Assembly (NCBI GenBank): GCA_021413705.1 | Contig: JAIOPX010000077.1 | Location: 12,026 to 76,025 of the forward strand | Source: Planctomycetota bacterium | Lineage (GTDB): Bacteria > Planctomycetota > Planctomycetia > Pirellulales > UBA7805 | Reading direction: 5' to 3' | Length of the DNA stretch: 64,000 bases | Program-made: the position numbers and the translations under genes | The notes under the pieces: generated by a model | Told to the model about the DNA's origin: nothing | Databases searched by the model: none | The model's input: only the letters and a program-made list of their open reading frames with translations | In this document: in pieces, positions 8,629 to 17,302 of the stretch | Layout of the letters: the number at the start of each line of letters is the position of its first letter | Position numbering within the stretch: the first letter of the stretch is position 1

Positions 8629-10698
8629 ATGAAACCCGACAAAAATGGAATCACACACACCCTGGCCGTGCTCTTCCAGCCTGGCGATACGATCGAATTG
8701 CGTTGCGTTGGCCATCGCCCGATAAATGGATACTACCGTGATCCGACAAAGCTGACGGAGCATGCCTGCCAGCTAAACGGCGAGGATTTCCACCCGCCGC
8801 AGAACGTCTACGTCTGTTTGAATCCCGTGCGGCCGGATCTGTACGCCCGGCGGGATGATCAATTTGGCCACGCGGCCAAAGGTGAGGGAGTTAAGGACCA
8901 GGACATCCTCCTCCGCCGTTGGCTGCTGATCGATATTGATCCCATCCGCCCGCAAGGCGTATCAGCAACGAACAATCAAAAGCAGGCCGCGATCGACCTG
9001 GCAGGGCGAGTCTACCCCTGGCTGCAGGAGCAGTTAGGCAGCAACTGCATCGTGTGCGCCGATTCCGGTAACGGCGTACACATGTTAATCCGTCTGGACG
9101 ACGTTCCGGCAGACGGACAAACGCGCTGGGTTTGCGAGAACTTCCTGAAGTTGCTCGATCAGCAATTCAGCACTAGCCAGGCCTATGTCGACAAGACGAC
9201 CTTCAACGCAGCCCGAATCTGCACCCTGTACGGCACGGTCAAGCGCAAGGGTAGCGATATCCCCGAGCAGCCGCACCGGCTGAGCAAGCTGGAACACGTA
9301 CCCGGTCAATTGCAGCCCGTGGACTGGCAGCGGCTGGCTGCATTGGTGCATCCGTATCCTGGCGATCAGGCAACGCAGCAGACCGCAACGCAACCGATTG
9401 CAGGCAGCCAGAGCTGGAACATCGAGCAGTTGCTGCAACAGCACGGGTGGGAATACCGGCGCGACGTGAACTACCACACCGAAAATGGCGAGGTGGCGAC
9501 GAGATGGGAACTGCCCGTCTGCCCCTGGAACCCCGAGCACAACGACAACGCAGCCTGGATCATCCAGTGGCCGAATGGCGCAGTTGCTGCCGGTTGTCAT
9601 CACAATGGTTGCACCGACAAGGGCTGGCAGGCGCTCAAGCAATTGTGGCAGCTGCCTGCCAGTAACGGCATCACCACGGCCGACATTATTCTGCCCCCGC
9701 CGCCGTCGCTAGAGTTGGTAATCGTTCGTTCCCAAGACGTACAGCCTGAGCCAATTGGCTGGCTGTGGCCAGACCACGTCGTTGTCGGCGGCATCAATCT
9801 GTTCTGTGGCCGCGGTGGTATTGGGAAGACGTTCTTCCTCTGCGATCTGGTGGCACGGATTACCAACCAGACGCTGTGTGCGCCGAACGGTGATCCGCTC
9901 CGACATGGGCGCGTGCTGTACACCACAGGCGAAGACCACATTGCGAAAGTACTCGAACCCCGCATGCAGCAGCACGCTGTGGACCGCACTCGGTTGGAGT
10001 ACATCAAAGGGCTGCCTGCGGGGGTGTACGTACAGTTGCTGGACGTGGTCAACCACTGCGATTTGCTGCGGGATACCCTGCGGCAGCGGCCAGACACCGT
10101 GGCGCTGGTACTCGACCCGATCTCGTCGTTTCAGGGGGGGGCAGACAGCAACAAGGTCTCCGCCGTGCGGCAGTTCACGGCCGTGCTGACGCAGCTGGCC
10201 GAAGAGTTCAACATCGCCGTGCTGGGCATCCATCATTTTAATAAGGGAAAGCGGGAGGTCGCGGGCGATTCGATCAGCGGCAGCCACGCCTACCGCGACG
10301 CTGCCCGCGCCGCTTGGTTATTCGCTTTGGATGCCGAGGATCCGACACGGCGGCTGATGGTGTGCGACAAGCACAACTGGTCCGAGCAATGGCCGCCAGG
10401 GCTGGCCTACCGTATCGAGAGCGGCCGGATCCAATACGAGGCCGAACCGCTGGACATGACTGCGGACGAGCTGCTCTCCCAGGCGACTCCAAAGCCGGTG
10501 GAGGTTGCCTGTGCGTGGCTGGCGGCACAATTGTCTTCTGGCCCACAGCCCGCGGCCAATCTGCAGATCGCCGCGACATTGGACCACGTTTCCAAACGCA
10601 CGTTGGACCGCGCCAAGGAACGCCTGAAGGTTAAGTCCGAAAAAGAAGGGGATCACTGGGTCTGGTCACTGCCGATGGCCACGGAGCCTCCAAAATGA
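8629..10698 (+). CDS. AEP-type primase-polymerase fused to a RecA-fold (RepA/AAA_25-like) ATPase/helicase
   Basis: LLIDIDP (DxD) and SGNGVHML (sGxGxH) are AEP motifs. CPWNPEH...GCHHNGC is a zinc-binding module. Walker A is GRGGIGKT and Walker B-like is VALVLDP. The first ATG is at 8629; the track start at 8623 is TTG. Confidence 0.8.
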   Translation: MKPDKNGITHTLAVLFQPGDTIELRCVGHRPINGYYRDPTKLTEHACQLNGEDFHPPQNVYVCLNPVRPDLYARRDDQFGHAAKGEGVKDQDILLRRWLLIDIDPIRPQGVSATNNQKQAAIDLAGRVYPWLQEQLGSNCIVCADSGNGVHMLIRLDDVPADGQTRWVCENFLKLLDQQFSTSQAYVDKTTFNAARICTLYGTVKRKGSDIPEQPHRLSKLEHVPGQLQPVDWQRLAALVHPYPGDQATQQTATQPIAGSQSWNIEQLLQQHGWEYRRDVNYHTENGEVATRWELPVCPWNPEHNDNAAWIIQWPNGAVAAGCHHNGCTDKGWQALKQLWQLPASNGITTADIILPPPPSLELVIVRSQDVQPEPIGWLWPDHVVVGGINLFCGRGGIGKTFFLCDLVARITNQTLCAPNGDPLRHGRVLYTTGEDHIAKVLEPRMQQHAVDRTRLEYIKGLPAGVYVQLLDVVNHCDLLRDTLRQRPDTVALVLDPISSFQGGADSNKVSAVRQFTAVLTQLAEEFNIAVLGIHHFNKGKREVAGDSISGSHAYRDAARAAWLFALDAEDPTRRLMVCDKHNWSEQWPPGLAYRIESGRIQYEAEPLDMTADELLSQATPKPVEVACAWLAAQLSSGPQPAANLQIAATLDHVSKRTLDRAKERLKVKSEKEGDHWVWSLPMATEPPK

Positions 10699-10700
10699 TC

Positions 10701-10921
10701 AAGATCGCCAACTGCGTCCGTATCTGCGACCGGCAAGGATGCCAACCTTCAGCACTTGGCATCCTTGCCGCGGTTCCCCTCGCAGGGAACAAGATTGCCA
10801 ACTTTCCCTATGTACGTGGTTGGCAACCTTGCCAACTTCCTTCCAGTGGCAACCTTGCCAACCTCAAATATCTGGCAACCTTGCCAACTACGTGTATAGG
10901 CGCGGCTGGCAATCTTGACGG
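10701..10921. repeat. iteron array (candidate replication origin of the element)
   Basis: Three perfect TGGCAACCTTGCCAAC copies at 10821, 10847 and 10873 (26-bp phasing). Degenerate copies occur at about 10701, 10731, 10756, 10787 and 10906. The unit is itself an inverted repeat (TTGGCAA/TTGCCAA). Confidence 0.7.
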
Positions 10922-10936
10922 AGCGGAGGATCTGAA

Positions 10937-13252
10937 ATGACAACCGTGTCAGCCCTCTCAAATGCGGATGCAGCCGGCTTGCATCAGAAAGAGCCAGCTT
11001 CGTACGGTCCACCAGCTACACAATTCCCCATACAGATCGAACTCGGCGGCCAGGCGTACACTGTCCCCGTCTGGAAGGGTGAGCAACTTCCTGATCAGTT
11101 GCTGGCCTACGACACCGAGACCCGGGCCATCGAGGCGAAGGAGATCCCGCAGATCGCGCTGGCCACCGTCTACGGCGACCAAGGCAGCGCATACTTCATC
11201 CACCCTGATCAGCTGTCCCAGTTCATCATACAACACAGCCAGGTGCACTGGTGCTGTCACAATGCGACGTTCGATTTCTGGGTGACGGCCTTGCACCTCC
11301 AGGATGATCCGGCGGCCGTAGCGGCCTGGTGGGATATGGTGGGAGACAGCCGGCTGCTATGCACCATGCTGCTTGACAATCTGATCGGTCTGGCACGCAC
11401 TGACGAAGAACCGATCAGCCGCGACTTAGCAACCGTTGCCGCGGAATACTGCCCAGGGCTGCACCTGGATAAGGATGATCCTTACCGGCTGCGATACGGG
11501 GAGCTGATCGGACTGCCGGTTGCCGCCTGGCCGGCCACCGAGCCGGGGTTCTGGCACTACGCGGCCCGCGATCCGGTTGCAACGTTACTGGTGGCACAGC
11601 GGCAGTTCCAGATCACCCAGCAATTGATCGCTCCCTACGGCACCGCTTTGCTGCCCGATGCCCTGCGTCGTTTCGGACCACTGACGGCCTGCCTTCAGGT
11701 GCAGGGCAGCATCGCCCTGGATTACGCCAGCCGCAGCGGCGTGCAGCTCGATCTAGAGCAGGCCAAGCAGTTGCAGGAGAGCATCACTATTCTGGTTGAA
11801 CAGCACGGGCGGGAGATGGAGACGATGCTCCCCGGCTGCTTCAAGCGCTACGGATCGCGAAGCCAACGGGCCGGCCAGATGCAACTTACAGATGCCGGTG
11901 TACCGAAGCGCAACGCCAAGCTGATAAAAGGTGAATTGCAGCGCATTGCCGAAGCTGGCGACCCCCCATTGCAGCCGCCCCGTAACAAAGACCAATTGGT
12001 TACAGATTCGGTCAAATACTGGGAGCAACATCGCGATCTCAATCCGTTTGTTGCTACCTTCGTGGGGTACAGCGAGCAGGCGAAGTTGGCGCAGTTTTTT
12101 AAGCAGCTCGATCAGCAGCGTATCTACCCCCGATACCGCCCGCTTGTTCGCACGGGCCGCACCAGCTGTAGCAATCCGAACCTACAGCAATTGCCGCGCG
12201 ATTCTCGCTTTCGGGAGATGATCATCGCCCCGCCTGGGTACTGGCTGTTGCAGGTCGACTACTCCGTGCTGGAGCTGCGTACGCTGGCCCAGATCTGCCT
12301 GGGCCGTTACGGGAGGAGCGTATTGGCTGACTTGTTCCACCAGGGCATTGATCCCCACAAGTACACTGCCACCCTGTTGCTGGGCACGACGCTGGAGCAG
12401 TTCCAGCAGCTGCCTGAAAAAGAACAGAAGCAGCATCGACAGCGGGCCAAGGCGGTCAATTTCGGCGTGCCCGGCGGGCTCGGGGCACTCAGCCTGGTCT
12501 CGTACGCCAAACACAGCTACGGCGTGCAGCTGACACTTGATGAAGCGAAGCAGTTCCGCCAGAAGCTGGTCAGAGAAGTTTACCCGGAGTTGCAGGCTTA
12601 CCTGACGGACAATCAGCACGCCGACATCTCGCGCAACTTGCAGGCGACTGAGGCCCAAGTCAAACAGGCCCTGTACAGTCGTGACCAGATCCTCACAGTC
12701 GAGCGAATTGTATCGGGCTGCAAGTCCACACTGTCCGGCGATGAGTACCACCCGGAGCTGGTACAAAATGTCTGGGCCTTATTACAGCAGCTAAATCGGA
12801 ATCCGGACCTCGTGTCGGATCTGGCTGCGCAGCAATCTGACAGCACACTGATGCGGCGGATCCTTTACGGCGATGCACTGACCATTAGCGGCCGGCTCCG
12901 TGGCCACGTGGGGTACACGCAACGCGCAAACACGCCATTTCAGGGGCTGGCCGCCGACGGCAATAAACTGGCCCTATTTCGCCTGCTGCGGGCCGGCTTT
13001 CAGGTCTGCGGTTTCATTCACGATGAGATGCTGGTGTTGATACCAGACGGCGTGGACTACGTAGCTGCGGTGCAGCACGTGCAGCAGATCCTGGCAGACG
13101 CGATGCAGGAGTTGACGCCGGACATCCCGATCTCAACCGAGTATCTGTTGGCCGACAGGTGGTACAAGGATGTCGATGACCAACCGATCGACGGCGCCGG
13201 GCGTATTGTGCCTTACAGGCAATCCAGGGCAGGACAGGAACTCACGTGTTGA
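10937..13252 (+). CDS. family A DNA polymerase with a 3'-5' exonuclease domain
   Basis: ExoI is LAYDTETRA, ExoII is HNATFDFWV and ExoIII is YAARDPV. Pol motif A is VDYSVLELRTLAQ, motif B is RQRAKAVNFGVPGG and motif C is GFIHDEMLV. Confidence 0.9.
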   Translation: MTTVSALSNADAAGLHQKEPASYGPPATQFPIQIELGGQAYTVPVWKGEQLPDQLLAYDTETRAIEAKEIPQIALATVYGDQGSAYFIHPDQLSQFIIQHSQVHWCCHNATFDFWVTALHLQDDPAAVAAWWDMVGDSRLLCTMLLDNLIGLARTDEEPISRDLATVAAEYCPGLHLDKDDPYRLRYGELIGLPVAAWPATEPGFWHYAARDPVATLLVAQRQFQITQQLIAPYGTALLPDALRRFGPLTACLQVQGSIALDYASRSGVQLDLEQAKQLQESITILVEQHGREMETMLPGCFKRYGSRSQRAGQMQLTDAGVPKRNAKLIKGELQRIAEAGDPPLQPPRNKDQLVTDSVKYWEQHRDLNPFVATFVGYSEQAKLAQFFKQLDQQRIYPRYRPLVRTGRTSCSNPNLQQLPRDSRFREMIIAPPGYWLLQVDYSVLELRTLAQICLGRYGRSVLADLFHQGIDPHKYTATLLLGTTLEQFQQLPEKEQKQHRQRAKAVNFGVPGGLGALSLVSYAKHSYGVQLTLDEAKQFRQKLVREVYPELQAYLTDNQHADISRNLQATEAQVKQALYSRDQILTVERIVSGCKSTLSGDEYHPELVQNVWALLQQLNRNPDLVSDLAAQQSDSTLMRRILYGDALTISGRLRGHVGYTQRANTPFQGLAADGNKLALFRLLRAGFQVCGFIHDEMLVLIPDGVDYVAAVQHVQQILADAMQELTPDIPISTEYLLADRWYKDVDDQPIDGAGRIVPYRQSRAGQELTC

Positions 13253-13259
13253 AACGAGC

Positions 13260-14330
13260 ATGAAGATCACCCCAAAAATGTTTCCGAATACCGGGCGAAT
13301 TTGCTACAATAAAAAGGTTCTCACGAACATGCCTTCCATGGATTTGGAACGCTGCTCAATGCACGGACGCTTAACGATGTTCACGTTGCCCAATCCGCCT
13401 GCGAACTCAGATCTCATCGCGTCTGTCGTTGGCACCGCGTTGGCATCCACCGCTGGTAATAACCTTGTTCCTGCCTCCCGCGGCCATGACTACTTCCGCG
13501 GAGTCGCTTCCTGGCCGGACATCGACTGTTTTTTTGAGGCTGTCGGCAAAGCCCTTCTGGCTTGCGATTTTCAGACCGGTTTGGCCGCGGGTGTTACCCT
13601 CTCTCCCGAGGGCAGATTGACATTCCGCGACCCGTCGCCAGCCGCGCATTCGATCCTCAGGTCCATCGCCGAGGCCGGAACTGGATTCCATTCGACCGAT
13701 GCGGAAGGAGTCCGGTGGGCGATGCAGATCAACGCACATCTTCCCGGCCGACCAGGGGCTTGGCTGGCGCATGGGCTCTCAATTGACCGCGACTGTAGGC
13801 TATTCGGTCCTGACTACCGAGAGGCGGTGCTGCAGCGACTAAAGACCCGCCTGGATGTGCTGCTCCGCCATCGCCATTGCCTTTCCGCCAATGGGTACCG
13901 ACGGCGGGCAAAACTGACCCGGCAGCACAGGCGAATCTCACTGATCGGCCAGGCACTCGACATCATGTCCTGGATCTTGACACAGATTGAGCACGGCACA
14001 GGGGGGCTGGATCTGAAGGCGAAATCCGCAGGGCTTGCAACCGTCTTGTGGGGCGTAGATTCATCCCTGTGGCCGCTCCATTGGCAAGCCGAATTGTTTG
14101 CCTCGGTGGCAATGTTAGGCAGGCTGCAGCAAATAGAAATCGAGTTCTCTAAAACAGGCTGGGGGCCTAGACCTACCGCCTCTGAGACCGCCTTGCAATC
14201 GGTTCGTCAGCAGGGTGAAGACCTGATTCTTTCCTTCTCGCCTGGGTTTTTACAGTCCTTGCGCCTGTTCGGTGACATAATGCCCAAACAATTGATCGAG
14301 AATAATGCGCCGCCCACGAACCAGACTTGA
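13260..14330 (+). CDS. hypothetical protein
   Basis: ORF 13170..14330. The first ATG after the PolA stop is at 13260 (MKITPK). No motif recognised. Confidence 0.45.
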   Translation: MKITPKMFPNTGRICYNKKVLTNMPSMDLERCSMHGRLTMFTLPNPPANSDLIASVVGTALASTAGNNLVPASRGHDYFRGVASWPDIDCFFEAVGKALLACDFQTGLAAGVTLSPEGRLTFRDPSPAAHSILRSIAEAGTGFHSTDAEGVRWAMQINAHLPGRPGAWLAHGLSIDRDCRLFGPDYREAVLQRLKTRLDVLLRHRHCLSANGYRRRAKLTRQHRRISLIGQALDIMSWILTQIEHGTGGLDLKAKSAGLATVLWGVDSSLWPLHWQAELFASVAMLGRLQQIEIEFSKTGWGPRPTASETALQSVRQQGEDLILSFSPGFLQSLRLFGDIMPKQLIENNAPPTNQT

Positions 14331-14362
14331 TGCCAACGCAGCCGCTGACCATGGAGTGAAAG

Positions 14363-15091
14363 ATGAGCCCTCAACCACCGCCGATTCCAGATGGCCTGAC
14401 TCCCGAGGAGGAGGAGACGTTTCTGCAACTCCACGGGTATGCGTTCAACCTAAAGGAAAAGACCGGTGCTGCTTATTTGTCCGCTACGGGGGGCGCCTCG
14501 TTGGGGGATAACGTCCCCGCTCAAGCATTTGATTTTTACATGCAAGGGCTCCTGAAAGAGGCAGGACAACCCACCGATCCCATCGAGCGTATGCTGGTCG
14601 AACAGATTGCGCTGGCGCACCACAATATCGGGCGCCTCTACCTCCTGGCTGCGGGTGCGGAGACTTTGGTTCAGGCCGCCACGTACAACGCAGCAGCCGT
14701 TCGACTTGTCGCCGAATTCAGGCGAACTGCTCTGTCGCTGAAGAAATACCGTGAGCCGCCCGCGGCAAAGCATTTCACGGTTGTGAAGCAACAAAATCTT
14801 GCCCAGAACCAGCAGGTCGCCCTTATTACCGCGGAGGAGGCTGATCAGCAAAGATTTTCAAAGCAGTGTGACAGCGAACTGACTAGTAACAAGGCGATTG
14901 AACATGTGCCCCAGCAAAATATCATCTCCCAACCCCAAACGCGTGGCAGCCGGGAAACGGAACCGGTCGAAGCGCAGAGGGCTAACGCCAGAAGGCCGGC
15001 AACGCCTGCGCGACGCGGCCCTGTCCGACCGCCCGTGGCGGTTCGCGACTGGTCCGAGGACTGCGAAGGGGAAGATGAGATCGGCAGCTAA
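14363..15091 (+). CDS. hypothetical protein
   Basis: 242-aa ORF. The C-terminal 60 aa or so look like an out-of-frame translation and overlap the next ORF. Confidence 0.4.
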   Translation: MSPQPPPIPDGLTPEEEETFLQLHGYAFNLKEKTGAAYLSATGGASLGDNVPAQAFDFYMQGLLKEAGQPTDPIERMLVEQIALAHHNIGRLYLLAAGAETLVQAATYNAAAVRLVAEFRRTALSLKKYREPPAAKHFTVVKQQNLAQNQQVALITAEEADQQRFSKQCDSELTSNKAIEHVPQQNIISQPQTRGSRETEPVEAQRANARRPATPARRGPVRPPVAVRDWSEDCEGEDEIGS

Positions 15092-15239
15092 CGGAAAGCT
15101 ACGACGGAAGGGGTCAGTTTCCATCCGAGAACTGAAGGCGAGCTTGTCCGAATTCCGGAGCTTGGCCAAGAGCCTAGCCGGAATTCAGAAGACTGTAGGA
15201 GTGTTGATTAGTGCCCGCGACGGTACATCCAACCCATAA
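14898..15239 (+). CDS. small basic hypothetical protein
   Basis: NPKRVAAGKRNRSKRRGLTPEGRQRLRDAAL..PWRFATGPRTAKGK looks protein-like and basic. It overlaps the 3' end of the previous ORF in another frame. Confidence 0.4.
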   Translation: MNMCPSKISSPNPKRVAAGKRNRSKRRGLTPEGRQRLRDAALSDRPWRFATGPRTAKGKMRSAANGKLRRKGSVSIRELKASLSEFRSLAKSLAGIQKTVGVLISARDGTSNP

Positions 15240-15253
15240 GGGAGATTAGATTC

Positions 15254-15877
15254 ATGTCGGCTATTGAAGATGGAGGAAATAGTGGTGCCATAACACTAGA
15301 AGCCCTTATCGACGGGTTGCGTGTTGCGAGGCCACCGTTGAACCAAAAATGCACCTTGGCAATCCGTGCTCTGGGTAACCGCGTAATTCCATGGCTCACT
15401 ATAGTTGCGGACGACAAAGGCATAGGACTAGGACATCGCCAGCGGTTACTGGCAATTATTGACCAGATAGAAGAGGCAGATGATGAAATCAGTGACGGCG
15501 TAGCCGGGTTAATTCTGGATGCGTTGCTCGCGGCGCTGCGCGTGTCTGATCCCGAGCTAAACCATAAGGCCACACGTGCGATTATATGTTCCGTACCCGA
15601 CAGCGTGGATTTGTTCAGCCGGGAAGCCCTCGCCCACGTCAAGCAAACGAACTATTGCCTCAATTTGTTGAGGGCCGCTGAACTGACAGGTCAAAGACCA
15701 GGCGTCGAGACCTTCTTCGATCTTTGGGCCTTCCTCCAACACAAGAATCCGGATATTCGTAACCAGGTCATGCGAATCTTCTTGTCATGGTCGCCACATT
15801 GTGGGCCACCCAAGGAGGATCAAGATGACAATTGTCGGCCTGGCTGGGCGACTGCAACCGTGGTAGCGAAACAATAA
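15254..15877 (+). CDS. hypothetical protein with HEAT/ARM-like repeats
   Basis: An internally repeated pattern: LIDGLRVARPPLNQKCTLAIRALG and LLAALRVSDPELNHKATRAIICSV. Confidence 0.45.
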   Translation: MSAIEDGGNSGAITLEALIDGLRVARPPLNQKCTLAIRALGNRVIPWLTIVADDKGIGLGHRQRLLAIIDQIEEADDEISDGVAGLILDALLAALRVSDPELNHKATRAIICSVPDSVDLFSREALAHVKQTNYCLNLLRAAELTGQRPGVETFFDLWAFLQHKNPDIRNQVMRIFLSWSPHCGPPKEDQDDNCRPGWATATVVAKQ

Positions 15878-16499
15878 AGGTTCTGACTCAGTCAATTGCC
15901 GATATGTTGCTTCCTCCCTCCGCACGGAGACTTTTTCACCCGAATCAGCCCTCATAGTGGTAGTGGCCTGTGACGCTTTATCAGACAAGCGTGGCCGACC
16001 TTCGGAACCAATCCACCATCGCCGTAAATCGACAACAGGACAGGATTCGAACAACTACGGAAAACAAGGCGATTCCTGGGGATGCTTCCCAAAGCGGCGC
16101 ATTTTCCGGCTCACTATCCGCAGATTTCAGCCCGGCAATGTCACCCGGTGATCCTGCCCTGGCGACCGTGATCGACGCATGGCCGACGCTGCCCCAGGCG
16201 ATTCGGGACGGCATCCTGGCAATGGTCAAGGCGGCTGGGGGGGGTAACTTCGTTTCGACGGGGCTAGCGCCAGATTTGACGCCCTTAAATAGACTATCGT
16301 TGCCCGGGTTGCCCTTCAGGTCGTCCTATTGCGATCGGCCATGCTAGGGACTCACCACGTTGGCTAAGCACGTGCTCGCCGACGACCTTGTCAGCTTTTG
16401 TATTGCCACCGGAGAGAGTGTGATCTTCCACAACTCCAGGCATCCCCGTCGTTCTATCTGTCCCTGGCTTTACTCCACGCCTCGGGGGAGCATGCGGTC

Positions 16500-17195
16500 T
16501 GCCTCCGGTTTCATGCAGTGCCACTGTGGATCGTCTCGACCACCGCAGGCAGGTTCTTCCCATGGTCACCCATCATCGGCATCAACGAGATAGTAGATTC
16601 TCCAAAGTACCAACGACTGCGAAGCATCTGCGCGGCGTATACATCCATCGCCGGACCAGATGACCCGGCTGCAGCACTAGCACCACACAGGCGCCACAGC
16701 TGATGGGAATGCTGGAAGTCTGCTCGGTCACCACGGCAGGGCCGCTGTCAGCCGCGGTTGACCCGGCCAACATCGCCACGGGTGATTGCTTTCGCCAGAG
16801 CTGCTCAATCACCCCGTGGCACAGACAATTGATGGTGGAAAGCAGTCGATTTACTGGGGTACGTTAGTCGTACTTCCTCAACAGATTCTTTGCGATCGCT
16901 TGTGCCGGCCCAAAGTGCGGGCCAGGTCCAAACGCTGCCGAATCCGCCAGCGCCGGCGTCTTTCGCCTTCTCCTTGCACCCGCAAAACGACCATATTTCA
17001 TCCAATTGAACCCGCGATGATGACAGGCCGCGAACGTACAGATTGTGATATTGCTCGCAAAATGTACCGGCATCGGCCAGCAGCCGGAGAACCGTGACCT
17101 TCGACGCCGCAGTAATTCGGCAGGTGGCGTTGATGCTGTTGCCGTCGCAAAAGGCCGAAAGGATTGCGGTTCTTTTCTGGGCTTAGCTTTCCCAT
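16500..17195 (-). pseudogene. decayed IS1-like DDE transposase
   Basis: Pieces lie in three minus-strand frames: DEIWSFCGCKEK...VWTWPAL (DE.WSFV / W.W.A. block) and RRCFAVVGTLENL (FSK..eNh-like). Multiple frameshifts and no intact ORF. Confidence 0.4.
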
Positions 17196-17212
17196 ATTAC
17201 TTTTCTCTGATA

Positions 17213-17253
17213 TGCTTGACAGCTTAGCATTCGGTATGCTAAGCTGTCAAGCA
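17213..17253. promoter_or_regulatory. perfect 18-bp inverted repeat carrying TTGACA on each arm (operator/promoter candidate)
   Basis: TGCTTGACAGCTTAGCAT (17213..17230), loop TCGGT, ATGCTAAGCTGTCAAGCA (17236..17253). It sits 50 bp upstream of the ATG at 17303. Confidence 0.6.
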
Positions 17254-17302
17254 AAGGCAGGCAATTTCGCCAAGATTTCCCAGATATTTTGAGAGGTGAT
17301 TT

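Larger units (their letters stand above)
4869..16350 (+). mobile_element. tRNA-Val-linked integrative element with its own replication module (right boundary not determined)
   Basis: An integrase starts 125 bp after the tRNA 3' end in the same orientation. It is followed by a DUF1580-like gene, a primase-helicase, iterons and PolA. I could not locate an attR copy of the tRNA 3' end by eye. Confidence 0.5.

Noticed and set aside
10695-10940. 81-aa ORF spanning the primase-polymerase spacer; also considered as a mini-CRISPR array
   Set aside because: The peptide periodicity (..LAN.., ..LPT..) simply mirrors the 26-bp DNA repeats. The repeats are 16 bp with 10-bp spacers, far too short for CRISPR, and no cas genes are present. 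I interpret the region as iterons.
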